From Eledone cirrhosa (lineage: Eukaryota), in contig OZ024742.1 in the NCBI GenBank assembly GCA_964016885.1, positions 220,658,001 through 220,722,000 of the forward strand: a DNA stretch of 64,000 nucleotides, in the 5' to 3' direction. Both the position numbers and the translations under genes were made by a program. The notes beneath the pieces were generated by a model. That model saw only the letters and a list, made by a program, of their open reading frames with translations, made no database searches and was not told where the DNA came from. This document shows, in pieces, positions 13,498 to 25,399 of this stretch; the first letter of the stretch is position 1, and the number at the start of each line of letters is the position of its first letter.

Positions 13498-13750
13498 CAG
13501 TGCTGGACTTACCTATAAACTAAATAAGCTATAGCTTGGGGCCACACACCTTCAGAGGCCCAATTTTTTTAATATATCATTTTATCATTAGATTTTATTC
13601 TTTAACACTAAATCATCAAAACCTATATATAATATATATATTTATTCTTTATCATTAATATTAATATAAAAAATAATAGCTATATTTTTTTAGAGAAGAG
13701 CTTTAAATTTTATATAGCTTAGTGCCTCAGCAGGTGAAAGTCTGGCCCTG
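13498..13750. mobile_element. hAT-type MITE
   Basis: Imperfect TIRs cagtgctggactt / aagtctggccctg; flanks acatttcc / agttttcc match 6 of 8. Confidence 0.55.
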
Positions 13751-14434
13751 AGTTTTCCCTCTACTGAGAAGGTGTATTATACTTGCATATAATAGCTATT
13801 TATAACTAGGTGAGTTTAGTGGTTTTGTGAAGGACATAATTAAAAACTAGTGTCGAGATATGAACTGTTGAACCATTAACCAACAATCCATCTGTAATTT
13901 AGGACCAAGATTTATATAAAAATTCATTTATAAATCTTAGAGAATGAAAATATACACACAGATAATATATACGATATCTAATTACATAAATATATAGAAT
14001 CAAAATGAGAGAAAATAATTCAACACTAAGTGTGTCAATTGGTTACACCCCTGTTATACTTTTTGAGGTAAGCCAACATGCTTGCAGCATTACTGCAGGT
14101 AATAGTGAGGCTAAGATACTGTAATAATCAAGCACCTTCGAGGGCATCACCTGACAGCTCAGTACGATTTAAATAAATATTCAATATATATTTAATTAGA
14201 AGTTCATAATTTTCTTCATCAAGCCTTTTGTGAAAAAGTTTCATTCATTATAGATTTCCTATGAACCAATCATTGGTTCACTTCATTTTTAATGGTGAGA
14301 ATGAAAAAGAAGTGTCTGTAAAACTTTGGCAGAATATATACTATAAAATAATTTCATTCAAAGTAACAGCTTTACCAACATTTTGTCCACTGATGTGTAT
14401 ATATTTCATCAATATACACATACACAAATATACA

Positions 14435-14575
14435 ACAGGCTATGACACAGTTTCTGCCAACCAAATTTCATTGACAAGGCATTGGTTAACCAGAGGCTGC
14501 AGTAGAAGATACTTATGCAAAATGCTGTGCTCTGTATTGAACTCAGAATAACATAGTTGTGAAGGGAAGTTTTTA
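14435..14575 (-). mobile_element. SINE (second family)
   Basis: cagtttctgccaaccaaatttcattgacaaggcattgg..attgaactcag, homologous to 7110-7271. Confidence 0.55.
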
Positions 14576-16094
14576 TAGATATCACTGTACCTTTTATGTA
14601 GTGTGCTGAGGGGAAATCATCCAAGACCCATTCCTTCCCTGGCTAGTGACTTTGGTTAAAAATTTTAAGTACATGACAAGAATCAGTGAAATAAAACATT
14701 TTGATCAGTAGTGAAAGTGTTAATGACTCAGTACATAGAAACAAGAAATGCCCTTTAACCTATAAAATATTAAGGTATTATCTCCAAAGTCTTTGTCCTT
14801 ATGTTGTTAACTCTTGATCTTGCTCCAATTGAACATGTATGGCATGATTTGAGGGAGATTTGGTTGTTTTGTTCTACCAGATAAAGCAACCACATAGAGA
14901 CTTCTTTGGTAAGATAAGAAATTATCTCCACAGAGACCATCCAACCTAAAGCTACTGGCTACAACTGAAAGTCACAGGTATGAGACACAAATAATTAGAG
15001 TAACTCAATTATGTCGACATTGAAAATGGATGTAAAATCTTAAAAAGTTATGAACAGATTGATAGAATATGATAAAAAAGACTTTTTATTGAATCACCAA
15101 AAGAATTAACAAGGTATTTATCGATGTTTTGATAGAGTATTTTTTTTAATGTTGAATCTAAGGAAGAAGAATGTTGGTGGAATTTGTGAGAACCCTTTTA
15201 GATTAGAAATGTAAACAGTATCAACGAAATCTGCCAGGAATTGCAACTGGGAGATAGTATTACCAGTTAGGAAGACCAATGGAAACATTGTTTCTTTGGT
15301 CCGATCTGACCAGATCCAATCCAATCTACTCAGCGAATGAGGTCTGGGATCTTGTAATTCAGATATAACTAATCAATGAAAATGCTGTGGTTTAATGTGG
15401 AATTTGAAGAATGTTAAAGGTCAGCATTTAGGGAGAATACATAAGGTAAGGAGCTTTATAGAAGAGCAGTGTTTGGAATGAAGGACAGCATGTAATATAT
15501 TCAAGTGATATTAAAAGAAATACAGCATAGGAGATAAACAACAGAATAGCAGGTGAAAAAAAAAAAGATTTGTAAAACGTGGGGTGAAGCCTAGTTTCTG
15601 AATAACAAAACCACTATTGCAGCTATAGAAGAGAGGGTTTAGTAATAACTATGCACCAAAAATTAAAGTTTTCAGTTAAGAGAATAAATATGGGTATGGA
15701 ATTTCTTCTAAATTTATTTTACAATGATAGAATTAAATGTACCATTCCACACGTCTGGACAGAACTTGAAAATAGAGGAGAATTTGAGAATTAAACAGAA
15801 CCAATGGTTGCTTTTGGTTATATAGTTATTGGTGCTAAAGAAAACAGACAATTCTTCTTGGATAGAATTTGTTAATGATAAGAATATGAAATTTTATAGA
15901 AGCTATGACAGACAGTCACATTTAAACTGTGTAGTGAAGTTGTGAAATGATCATAAATAGCTGTGTGATTTTTCATTTCTAAAATATGTCCAGGTTGGAT
16001 TTAGAGTTATTACCAGTTTGCTAAATCTCTTTTGGAAGATATAGTTAAGGGCCTTATGAATGGAAGAGAGGATGTTGTCTATTCAGTTTGATGT

Positions 16095-16370
16095 TAGAAT
16101 GTCTCAGGACAGAATCAACAGGCAGGAGACCCAGAGCAAGAATGTCTCAAGAAAGAATCACTGGACAGATTTTACGGGCAAAACCAACAGGCAGGAGATC
16201 CAGGGGTAGACTGCAAACAAGATGGTTGAATAACATTCATGAGCTCGGCTGGTTTCACTTGGTGATCCAGCTGGATCAATTGGAGACAATGCTTCTGAGA
16301 GGACTTGCTGTAATGAGTGTTTGAGGACTCTGCTCCCATGATATTCTCAGGAATAAGTGGGCGAAGAAAA
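16095..16370 (+). mobile_element. RTE family B 3' end
   Basis: ERITGQILRAKPTGRRSRGRLQTRWLNNI (RTE GRP-type tail); ends gaataagtgggcgaagaa. Confidence 0.8.
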
Positions 16371-16674
16371 ATATATTTAACTTTGTTCTTTGTAGAAGAG
16401 GATTATTGACATGAATGCAGTATATTATAAACATTAGTCATTATATATAAGCCGGATGGTCTAAATTAAACTGTTTCTATGGTTGAATCAAAATGGATAT
16501 TTAAACTCTTGTGTGTTATATTTATAAGGTTCCATGAATTCTATTTTTATGAGCAACATCATGATTATATCTTACTACTGAATTTTTGTTATTATAAATG
16601 CAAACGAAATTTCTTTCTATAATATTACAAATTACAATTTTAATCTTCGGTATTGAGTGCTTTTTCTCACCTCC

Positions 16675-16710
<36 letters not shown>

Positions 16711-17045
16711 CAAACATATATACACACACACACACATGTACACTGTATGTGTATGTGAATGCACTCTAAGATGGAAAAAGACGCGGCTCAGGGGAGATAA
16801 TGCTGAAAAAAAGGACGGCCATAAATTAGCTAAACCAACATTAGTTGAAGTAAATATGTATACATACACCGATACGGCGTATATATACGTGGAATATATA
16901 TCGCAGTTTCCATTCTCGATTAAAGCAATTTCCCTTTATTATAGTCGATAATTCTCATAAGATTATAAGCCTAATATTTGTCAAATAAATATCGATAGTT
17001 CAGATCATCCAGTAGAATTGCCACTGTCCATTCTGCAAAAATCAC

Positions 17046-17060
17046 CAACCGGAAGTGACA
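17046..17060. promoter_or_regulatory. ETS/GABP-type motif ACCGGAAGTG
   Basis: Full-consensus motif in non-repeat DNA; CRE-like gacgtcac near 17179; function untested. Confidence 0.3.
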
Positions 17061-17329
17061 CCTCCTAGGTCAATGATTGAAAATGGATTTATTTCGATAG
17101 TTTAAATAAATAGTGGTTCTATTATAAATAAGAAAGAAATCATAATTGAATTTATTTTAATTATGCAGCATTCTTCGGACGTCACTTCATTTTTTATGTT
17201 ACAGATTCAATATTCTTAGATATAGTTTATCCTTCGTTTAAACAAACATGCTGGTACGGATAAAAAAAAAAACATCCTCACATACATTAATTATTTGGTA
17301 ATATGTATACAGTGGCGTCGCAACTAATT

Positions 17330-17470
17330 TCTACAGTTGAGTGAATCGGAGCAACGTGAAATAAAGTGTCTTGTTCAAGAACACAACACATCATTCGGTC
17401 CTGGAATCGAACTCACAACCTTACGATTTACGATTGTGAGTCCAACAATCCAACCAATAAGCTAAGCTGT
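17330..17470 (-). mobile_element. SINE
   Basis: Reverse B-box ggaatcgaactcac plus body shared with 40-215. Confidence 0.65.
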
Positions 17471-18001
17471 ATCGGCCTTTGCATTTCCCTTGGATAACAT
17501 GAGTGGTGTTAGTCGTGACAGGCCTAGCAAGCCGGCGATGGAAAATAAACCTGCTAATAAAAAATAAATAGAAGGCTTCGTTCTGGACACGACCTGGAGT
17601 TGAATGAGGATGTTTATACACCAACTGATACAAGTTGGGAGTTTATTTATTTATTTTTAGAAAGAGCAAGGGAGTGAAATTAAAGAAAATATAATTAATG
17701 TTAGAAAACTGGTCAAATTCTAAAAGAGCAGAAAGGTTCTTCAATGAAATGTATTTAACCCAATTTTGTTTGCGTTAATTTGGTGGGGGATTAAAAAATT
17801 GTTTTTGTTTCTTTTATGTATGTATGTGTACTCGTAACTCCTGATGGAATCATAAAGGTGCCGTAATGATGAGAAATGTCTTGAGCATTTTAAAGCTAGC
17901 AGAGCCCATCTCTCTCCATGTCTGAACACAGCCAGTTTCTTCTAGGAGAGGAGATACGGTGTTAGAAATGAAGTGAGAAAGAAATATAGAGGAAGAATGG
18001 A

Positions 18002-18060
18002 CCCAGTACTGGACTGGTACTTTTTTTTTTCGACCTTGAAAAGATGAAAGGCAAAGTTGA
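18002..18060 (-). mobile_element. SINE body fragment abutting the Churchill stop codon
   Basis: Minus strand reads tcaactttgcctttcatc..ggtcga..aaagtaccagt, the body motif of the SINEs at 22338 and 35401. Confidence 0.7.
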
Positions 18061-18061
18061 A

Positions 18062-18400
18062 TTAGAAGAGCGATCTCTGTCGGTCATCGTAAGGTAGGAC
18101 CGAACGTTGGTCTTCGGCTTCACCACACAACGCACAGCACATGGTATACACCATGTAGCCATCTTCGACAGTGAAAGAATATTCATGGCTAGCAATGATG
18201 TGTCCACAATTTGGACAAACGTGTTGGTATGTAATTAATTCCAGCCCACTTTCATCTTCGGAGCGGAACTTGTCTTGTATAGAGAGATTGCCAAGTTCTT
18301 GGCACTGAGCACATCGGGAGAAGTTGAGTAAATACGAACCATCTTCCAAACACATTGTATCTCTGCACGGAAACTCCTCTTTTACACATTGGACACACAT
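18062..18400 (-). CDS. CHURC1: Protein Churchill (zinc-binding), 112 aa, uninterrupted CDS
   Basis: MCxxCV..EFPxR..CLE.GSYLLNF..CxxC..ITYxHxCxNCxHIIAxHEYSF..YTMxCxLCG.AED..SVLP is colinear with vertebrate Churchill as I recall it; ATG to TAA intact. Confidence 0.95.
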   Translation of the reverse strand: MCVQCVKEEFPCRDTMCLEDGSYLLNFSRCAQCQELGNLSIQDKFRSEDESGLELITYQHVCPNCGHIIASHEYSFTVEDGYMVYTMCCALCGEAEDQRSVLPYDDRQRSLF

Positions 18401-19039
18401 AATTCCGTTTTCTTTTAGGGTTTAAAGCCAACACAAAAGCAATAATACTTAGTTTTAAATGATACTGACGTAGATAATCAGTATATTACACGGATGCAGA
18501 TAATCAAAATTATTTGATTTAATAAGTAGGAGGGAAATGAAGAAAGAAACCTGTGGTGTTTTCAATAAAAATTCAGATTATCAACAAGGTTTAGATAATT
18601 CATAAAACAATATCAGATTACCAGCATGGTAATTCATAAAACAATTGCTTGGTCATTTTAGTTACCCAACTTCCTGTAAATTTCCTGAAAGTCGCAATAT
18701 CTTAATGAAATTAAATGTGCAATCACAAGTTGGGATGTTGTTCACTTTACCTGACAGGTGAGAAACAGAAAGAAGGAAGGGGAACGACTCGGTGATGGAG
18801 CAAAGAAACGGTAAACTGATGCGCAATTAATTTATCATGACGGAGAATACAGCTTTACATACTTTCTGTTGGTGTTGATGTAGATATATATGGTAAACAC
18901 ACTCGTAATCAAGGCAATATATGAATAAATGAGGAATTCAATAATCTTCATATATTGTAACTTAGTTGTTTCCCAGCATCACTGCCATTTCAACAATGTT
19001 CCTAAAGCTATGCTTCAAAATTAGTAAATATTTTTTTCC

Positions 19040-19445
19040 TTTTTCTTCATCTGATAGAAACCGGTGTTTGCACCGAATTTTAGTTCCTGCGAACAAAAGA
19101 AATATAGTTACCTCCCATGAACAAGCATATTTTATTTATTCTGTTTTTGAAAAAAATCAATTAGAGTTAAATGAAATTAGTGTTGTGATGCGCGAAAATA
19201 AAATAATTATTAATAAAATTAACAATAATAGCATACAGTTTCCATCTTTTTTTCATCTGATATGAACTGGTGTTTGCACCGAATTTTCGTTCCTGCGAAT
19301 AAAAGAAACAAGGGGTTACCTCCCATGAACAAGTATATTTCTTTAATTTCAATTATTAATTTTTTGATTTTAGAAAAAATAAATTAGAGCTAAATGAAAT
19401 TAGCGATGTGGTGCGTTTCCCCCCAAACAATTATTAATAAAATTC
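19040..19445 (+). repeat. Diverged tandem duplication, about 200 bp x2
   Basis: ttcatctgata..ggtgtttgcaccgaatttt.gttcctgcgaa.aaaagaaa..gttacctcccatgaacaag occurs near 19046 and near 19252. Confidence 0.8.
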
Positions 19446-20014
19446 CTAAAAATAAATTGTTTTTGTGGCACGAGGAGACAAGATTTCTAACGTTTTGGAT
19501 AGGGTTCCTTTTTAGAAGAAACGTGCTTAGAGGAAAGTGAACTCCTGTACATTCTTTTACACATGTTATTGGTTTCATATATTAGTACATTTGTGAAAGA
19601 TTTAGAATCAATTGAATCGACTCCGACCTGCTTAAAGAATGAAAACCCATGCTAATCTTGATAGTTTTAATAATTTAGACAAAATTTAAGCATTTGTTAA
19701 AGATATTTTATTTAGGTGAATATTATAAAATATTATTTATCAGCGATAAATGAGTTATGTAGCAGTGTACAAATCAGTTCAGTCAGGGTCCCTAGTTCTG
19801 GTTAACTACAGAAAACACAAAACAACATAACAATAAGATTATGAAAAAAAAAGTTAAAATATTGAAAGCTACCACCATATGATAACCTTCGATGGTGTTT
19901 GTGCCAGTTGCATTTATAGCAATCAAACAAATTAATCTAAACCACCTCTCACTTGCCTTGTTAAAAACAACAATCATTACACTCTACCAAGTGTTTTTGT
20001 GAACGGGTATGTGT

Positions 20015-20372
20015 TTAGAATGTCTAAAGAAAGAATCACTGGAAAAGGAAAGAATCACTGGACAGATTTTGCAGGCAAAACCAGCCGGCAGGAGATCCAC
20101 GGGTAGACACTGAGCAAGCGGGTTGAATAACATCCATGAACTTGGCTGGTCTCGCTTGGGGATCCAGCTGGATCAATTGGAGTTGATTGGTTCAGACAGG
20201 CCCATACAACACTCCCAGGAATAAGTGTGAGAAGAAGAAGAAGAAGAAGAAGAAGAAGAAGAAGAAGAAGAAGAAGAAGAAGAAGAAGAAGAAGAAGAAG
20301 AAGAAGAAGAAGAAGGTGAAGAAGAAGAAGAAGGTGAAGAAGAAGAAGAAGAAGAAGGTGAAGAAGAAGAAG
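20015..20372 (+). mobile_element. RTE family B 3' end with expanded (GAA)n tail (20229-20372)
   Basis: Same sequence as 16140-16365, followed by a long GAA tract. Confidence 0.8.
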
Positions 20373-20880
20373 AGCAGTTTTTATCTGCTTGGTGGCCATG
20401 GTAAAAGAGGTCGTATGGTGGATGTGCCTGAAAGGGTTGAAGACGGACATGTTCCTCTTCAGTGACGCTCTCATTAACTTTTTCAGGTTTCACCTGAAAA
20501 GGAAGATCAGGGAGGAGGGGGAAGTGCTGCCTTCCAGCCAGTTTGTTGAAAGGTGGGTAAGAGAGGCAAGAATGCCTTGTGTGAATGGGCCTGCTCTGAG
20601 CATGTGCCTGTAGCATTGTAGGAGAAAAACTGTGAGAGGGTGCTTGCCCTAGCGGTCAGGTTAACCGTGGCTTCTATGGGCTTTCTCCATGAGTAACCCT
20701 CGGTAGTCTCCCCTCTATTGGGGATTTTTCCTTTGTTTCCATTTTTTTGTTACATCTTTTGTTTTCATCTCCTTTTGTTTTACTCATATTTGTACGATCC
20801 TGTACCGTTCTGTGCTGTCCTTAATGTATTTTTTTTTGTAAACCCTTTGTGGTCAATAAAGAAATCATTATTATTATTAT
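20373..20880 (+). mobile_element. Tx1/L1-like LINE 3' fragment with (TTA)n tail
   Basis: MVKEVVWWMCLKGLKTD..RWVREARM..VNGPALS is homologous to 33995-34208; ends caataaagaaatcattattatt. Confidence 0.85.
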
Positions 20881-21455
20881 TTTCTTGGAGTCTCAGTCAT
20901 TGATATTATTTAACTGGAAAGTGTGTACAAATGAACATCAAGCCACTACCTGCAGATATTCAGATGTATCGGAGGGTTCTTGCTGTTCCCAGCAAGCATG
21001 TTTTTGAAGTGGTCCAAAAAAGCGGGGCTAGACTAATGTTCTTAACCATCCCTGAAAACTCTTCAGGGTAGTGCTTAGTGCTCCAATGACAATCAGGACG
21101 ACCTAGAGCTCATGGCAGTCTCAAATCCTTTTAAATTCCCATTTTAAATGCTGGTGTTGGTTAATTTTCTCCTCATTTTCTTGCACTTTTGTGTCAAAGA
21201 GGCAGGCTACATATACAATCAGGCATAATCATTTTTCTTTGTCAAAAACCACCAGGTCAGGCCAGTTGTGTTCTAATTTCTTGTCTGTCTGTATCCCGAG
21301 ATCCCATAGCACCTCCACTCAATCGTTTTCTATCACCACATCTGGCTTATGCTCATACCACCTCTCTGGTAAATGATTTATTATATATAAATGCCAGTGA
21401 ATCACCTTTCCTATTATATTGTGCCTCCATCCTTTATAGCGTATCTAGGCTAGGT
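20881..21455 (-). mobile_element. R4/Dong-clade non-LTR retrotransposon 3' fragment (restriction-like endonuclease)
   Basis: My translation: RHNIIGKVIHWHL..WYEHKPDVVIEND..VLWDLGIQTDKKLEHNWPDLVVFDKEK..IVIGAL..LQKTCLLGTAR; ends in (TAA)n. Confidence 0.85.
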
Positions 21456-21484
21456 ATTTACACTCAGATACGATGTGAGCCACA

Positions 21485-22303
21485 GTTCCCTCTCACCAAC
21501 TTTTTCAAGTTTCACTTGGAAAGGAAGGTGAGGGTGGAGAGAGAAGTGCTGCCCCCCTCCCCGTACATTTGTTGAAAGGTGGGTGAATGTGGCGAGAATG
21601 GCCCATGTGAGTGGGCTTACTCTGATCATACGCCTGTAGGTAGGTAAATCTGAGGAGGAGAGGGGTGCCCTTCCCGGGTGCTTTCGAAGCGTCGGGTCGT
21701 TCAGGATTGGTGGGGTACCTGAGTGAACCCTGGGTGGTCATCCCTCCTATTGGGGAATTTTTCTTGTATTTTCTTGTTACTTTGTTATTGTTATTTATAT
21801 TGTTTACATGTTGTATATGTACGAGGGCAATCCCAAAAGTAAGGTCTCCTTCCGCTATTGCAACTTCCAATATTGTAACTTTTCCGTTAAAATCCTGTGG
21901 ATGGTGCTTCGGGAAACCTCAGGAACCAAAATGCAGAGAGCATCCAGAGTGATCCGCCCATCTTTATGCATGTTTTCCTCGGAAGGAGATCTTACTTTTG
22001 GGATTGCCCTCTATATAATAACTGTGCAAAATTCGCACTTGGCGGTAGCGTTCAACGGGAGCTCCATTCTCAACAGCTGCCAAACCAAGATTGAGCATCA
22101 CAGTGAAGCGCGCGCATGCTTGTTTGGGAGTGAAGGAAGCACTAATCACAACAGTGTTGCCAACAGCCGTATGAACAGTTTCTCTGTGTCCTCATCGCTT
22201 TGGAGACCTGACTTTTGGGATTACCCTCGTATATGTAAACCCCCACTGTCCCAGTCTTTTGTATTGTCCCCTATATGTTGGCCCTTGTGGCCAATAAATG
22301 AAA

Positions 22304-22338
<35 letters not shown>
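21485..22338 (+). mobile_element. Tx1/L1-like LINE 3' fragment interrupted by a mariner MITE, (ATT)n tail
   Basis: FFKFHLERKVRVEREVL; 3' UTR cctattgggga and gtggccaataaatgaaatc(att)n as in the other copies. Confidence 0.85.
21822..22229. mobile_element. Tc1/mariner MITE with TA target duplication and an extra internal TIR
   Basis: ta|cgagggcaatcccaaaagtaaggtctcc ... ggagacctgacttttgggattaccctcg|ta; third TIR copy at 21985-22011. Confidence 0.9.
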
Positions 22339-22695
22339 GGTGGATTGGCAGTATCGGTAGAGGGTCGGACGCCATGCTTTGACGCATAGAGTTACGGCCC
22401 TTGCCATTCTGAGTTCAAATCCTTTGCCTTTCATCCTTACGGGGTTGATAAAATAAAGTACCAGTAATGCACTGGGTAATTGCTGGCCTTGTGCCAAAAG
22501 TAGAAACAATTATTATTATTATTACGGCTCTTTATGTGCTGAGTTCAAATCCCGCCGAGATTAGCTTTGCCTTTCATTTTTACGGGGTCAATGAATAAAG
22601 TACCAGTAATGCACTGGGGTTGATTTAATCAATTTTCCCTTCTCCTAAAATTGCTGGCCTTGTGCCTAAAGTAGAAACAGTTATTATTATTATTT
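22338..22695 (+). mobile_element. Two tandem tRNA-derived SINEs with (ATT) tails
   Basis: A box tggcagtatcggtag, B box gagttcaaatcc; second, 5'-truncated copy starts near 22525. Confidence 0.85.
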
Positions 22696-22699
22696 CCAA

Positions 22700-23915
22700 T
22701 GTAAAGAGTGTTGGGTCCAGGCAGACAAACTCGTAACTCGAGAAAAAACCTGGGTCACTATAAACGTCCCCAGCAAAGGAGAGAAGAATGGTAAAGTATT
22801 GGTCCATCTCAGTGCAATCTCACAGAGCTGTGACAGCCTCTGAAGGTCAGCTTAGGACTGCACTGAAGTGAATCATTCATGACATCGAAGATATAGCAAG
22901 GGCCCAACAATATGGGGGCATCTTGGTGCTCTTCAAATCTGAGGCCCTTGCTATTAAGCATTCTGTGGCCCCTTGCATGACTGAGCAGATAATTTTATAT
23001 CCGTCCTACATGGGAAGGAGGATAGTGCAGGCTCGTATACTCCAGATTCCATTGGGACTAGACCCATGGTGGCTCTTGGCATGTGTTTCACCAGAGGCCC
23101 TGGGCACCATCCCCGATGCCAAGTTAAAAAAAAAAAGAGAAGTGGTCAGGGACTACTATGAAGATTCTTCTCCATATCAAACCTGAAGACATTAAAAATG
23201 TCCCTGACCACATAAAATTACTGGACGAACATGAAATTCAGATAATTACTGACGGCAAGTACCCTCACTGTTACAAGTGTGGTGAAACCATACATCTGTG
23301 AGCCTTTTGTCATCATCTGACAACTGCAGGGGGTTGCAGACCTCCTTTGCTGTCAACATCAGGGCTTCAAATACAACAGCCAACAACAACAGCACCAGCA
23401 CCAAAGTCTTCTGCAGCAAACCAGCCATAGCACCAGCAAAACCAACAACAACCACAGAACCACCGCCACAAACAACAAAAACAACAAGGACATCAAGAAC
23501 ACCCATGGGGCACCCCGAAGAAGCTCTCCCGCTCCCCCCTATCGAACACACACATACACATACATTGAAACATACACACTCAAACACACACACCTTCTTC
23601 ATCACTGAGCAAAGATGATGAGGAACACCAAAAACCTAAAAAACAAAAAAAGAAATCTCACACATCAACACAAACAACAGCAAACAGAGAAGACACACTC
23701 GCACCAAACACAGACAGACATACTACAACACCCACCCCCGCAACAATACAACCGTCAACACAAACAACCACTAACACAAACAACTAAAAGAAAACACACA
23801 CAGCACCAACTTACAAACACAACACCTAACTTCGTGTTAGCTAGAAAATCGAACGAAAAATTACTAGACCTCAATAACACAAAGGAAGGAAATAGAAAAA
23901 GAATAGGAGGCATTT
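22700..23915 (+). mobile_element. Degenerate ORF1 (gag-like) of a Tx1/L1-like LINE
   Basis: CCHC-like knuckle CYKCGETIHL*AFC near 23268-23310; PSSSLSKDDEEHQKPKKQKKK is homologous to SSSPSNDEGEPLCPKRKKK at 30140-30200. Confidence 0.65.
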
Positions 23916-23944
23916 AGCACCTGTACCTTCAAAGTGCCAAAAAA

Positions 23945-25395
23945 CACCGCTGGTCCCTCTATTGGATCGATTTGGGTCAGACTATCTTTTTCCCATTTAT
24001 TCTCCTCATTCAGTAGTCTCTCGTAGTGACACTTCCAAGCTACCTTCTTATCAGTATCAGTGAGGGCATCATTATTATTACAGACCATCATTATTACAGA
24101 CACACTTCTCCCCGACAATATCACGGTTTTCCTTGACACATTGCCTCGCAATCCTGAACACCTCACGTTTTTGGTCCTTGCGTTGTAGAACATGCTTGAA
24201 CTTTCTTTCCTCTGCTTCCCTTCTTGCGAAGTACACTTGTCTCCTAGCTTCCCTCCTGGCCACTTGATAGTCTTCTCTACTTCCCCCATCCCGCCATACC
24301 TTCCAAGCCTGCTTTTTGGCCTTAATTGACTCCTCCACCTTACTGTTCCACCACCACGTTACTCTCCTCCTGCCTATAGGCTTGCTCCAGCCACAGACTT
24401 CATCTGCCGCCTTCAGCAGGTTAGCTTTCAGGAATTCCCACTGTTCCTCTATATTGTACGACTCTAATTACTCTTCCTTACTGTCAAAAGCATCAAGTAA
24501 TATGCTTTTAAATTTATTACTGGCTGTGGGGTCCTTTAGCTTCCATATTTTTCTCCTGAGGATAGTCCCCCTCTGTTGTCGAGTACGTCTTGTCCTGACT
24601 ATGAGGTCGCTGACTATGAGTATGTTGGGAGGTGCATTCTTCATAGGGGAGGGATTTAGTGTTTACAACAGACACTCTATCACGTCTTCTGGTAAGGATA
24701 TAATCTATCTGACTGGCGTATTCCCCTGATCTATAGGTGATCAAGTGATTGTTTCGTTTTTTGAAGTTAGTGTTACAGATAGTTAGGTTATTTGCGTCAG
24801 AGAATTCCAGGATTCTGAAGCCTCCCTCATTTCTAGTACCAAACCCATAGCCTCCATGGATTCTATCATAGCCACCACAATGTTGTCCAACATGACCATT
24901 TAGGTCGCCAGCAATAATTATGTAGTCACTGTCGGTTATTTGGGAGGTAGAGAGCATTAGCGACTCATAGAACCTGTCTTTTATAACGTCAGGTAGGCCA
25001 GATATTATTGTCACAGTAGTTCTATTTAGAACTAGTCTTATTTTAATTATTCTGTCATTCACTCTATTTACGGCAATACCTTATCTACCCATTTTTTTGC
25101 TAACATAATTCATACTCCACCCAGCCCATTGTCATTTCCCACCCAGAAAAGTTTATTACTTCGTTTTTTACCCACAATGAATCTAGCAGACCCACCCCTC
25201 CACCTAGTCTCTTGAACACAACAAGCATCAACTTCCTTATGTTCAAGCATCTCCTCAACCTCGTTTGAGCAACCTTTCAAAGTGCCTACATTCATGGTAC
25301 CAACTCTGAAGTTTTGGATTTCGTTGGGTGGGTGGGTGGAAAGGATGGGTTGGAGGTGCAGGGAGGGGTGTGGGAGATAGAATTTTGTTGTATCT
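23945..25395 (-). mobile_element. RTE family A LINE 5' half (APE endonuclease)
   Basis: MNVGTLKG..CCVQETRWRG..GDLNGHVG..SQIDYIL; near-identical to 1760-2650. Confidence 0.92.
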
Positions 25396-25399
25396 GAAA

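Noticed and set aside
20055-20616. Poly-L, poly-S and poly-K ORFs
   Set aside because: Translations of the (GAA)n tract.
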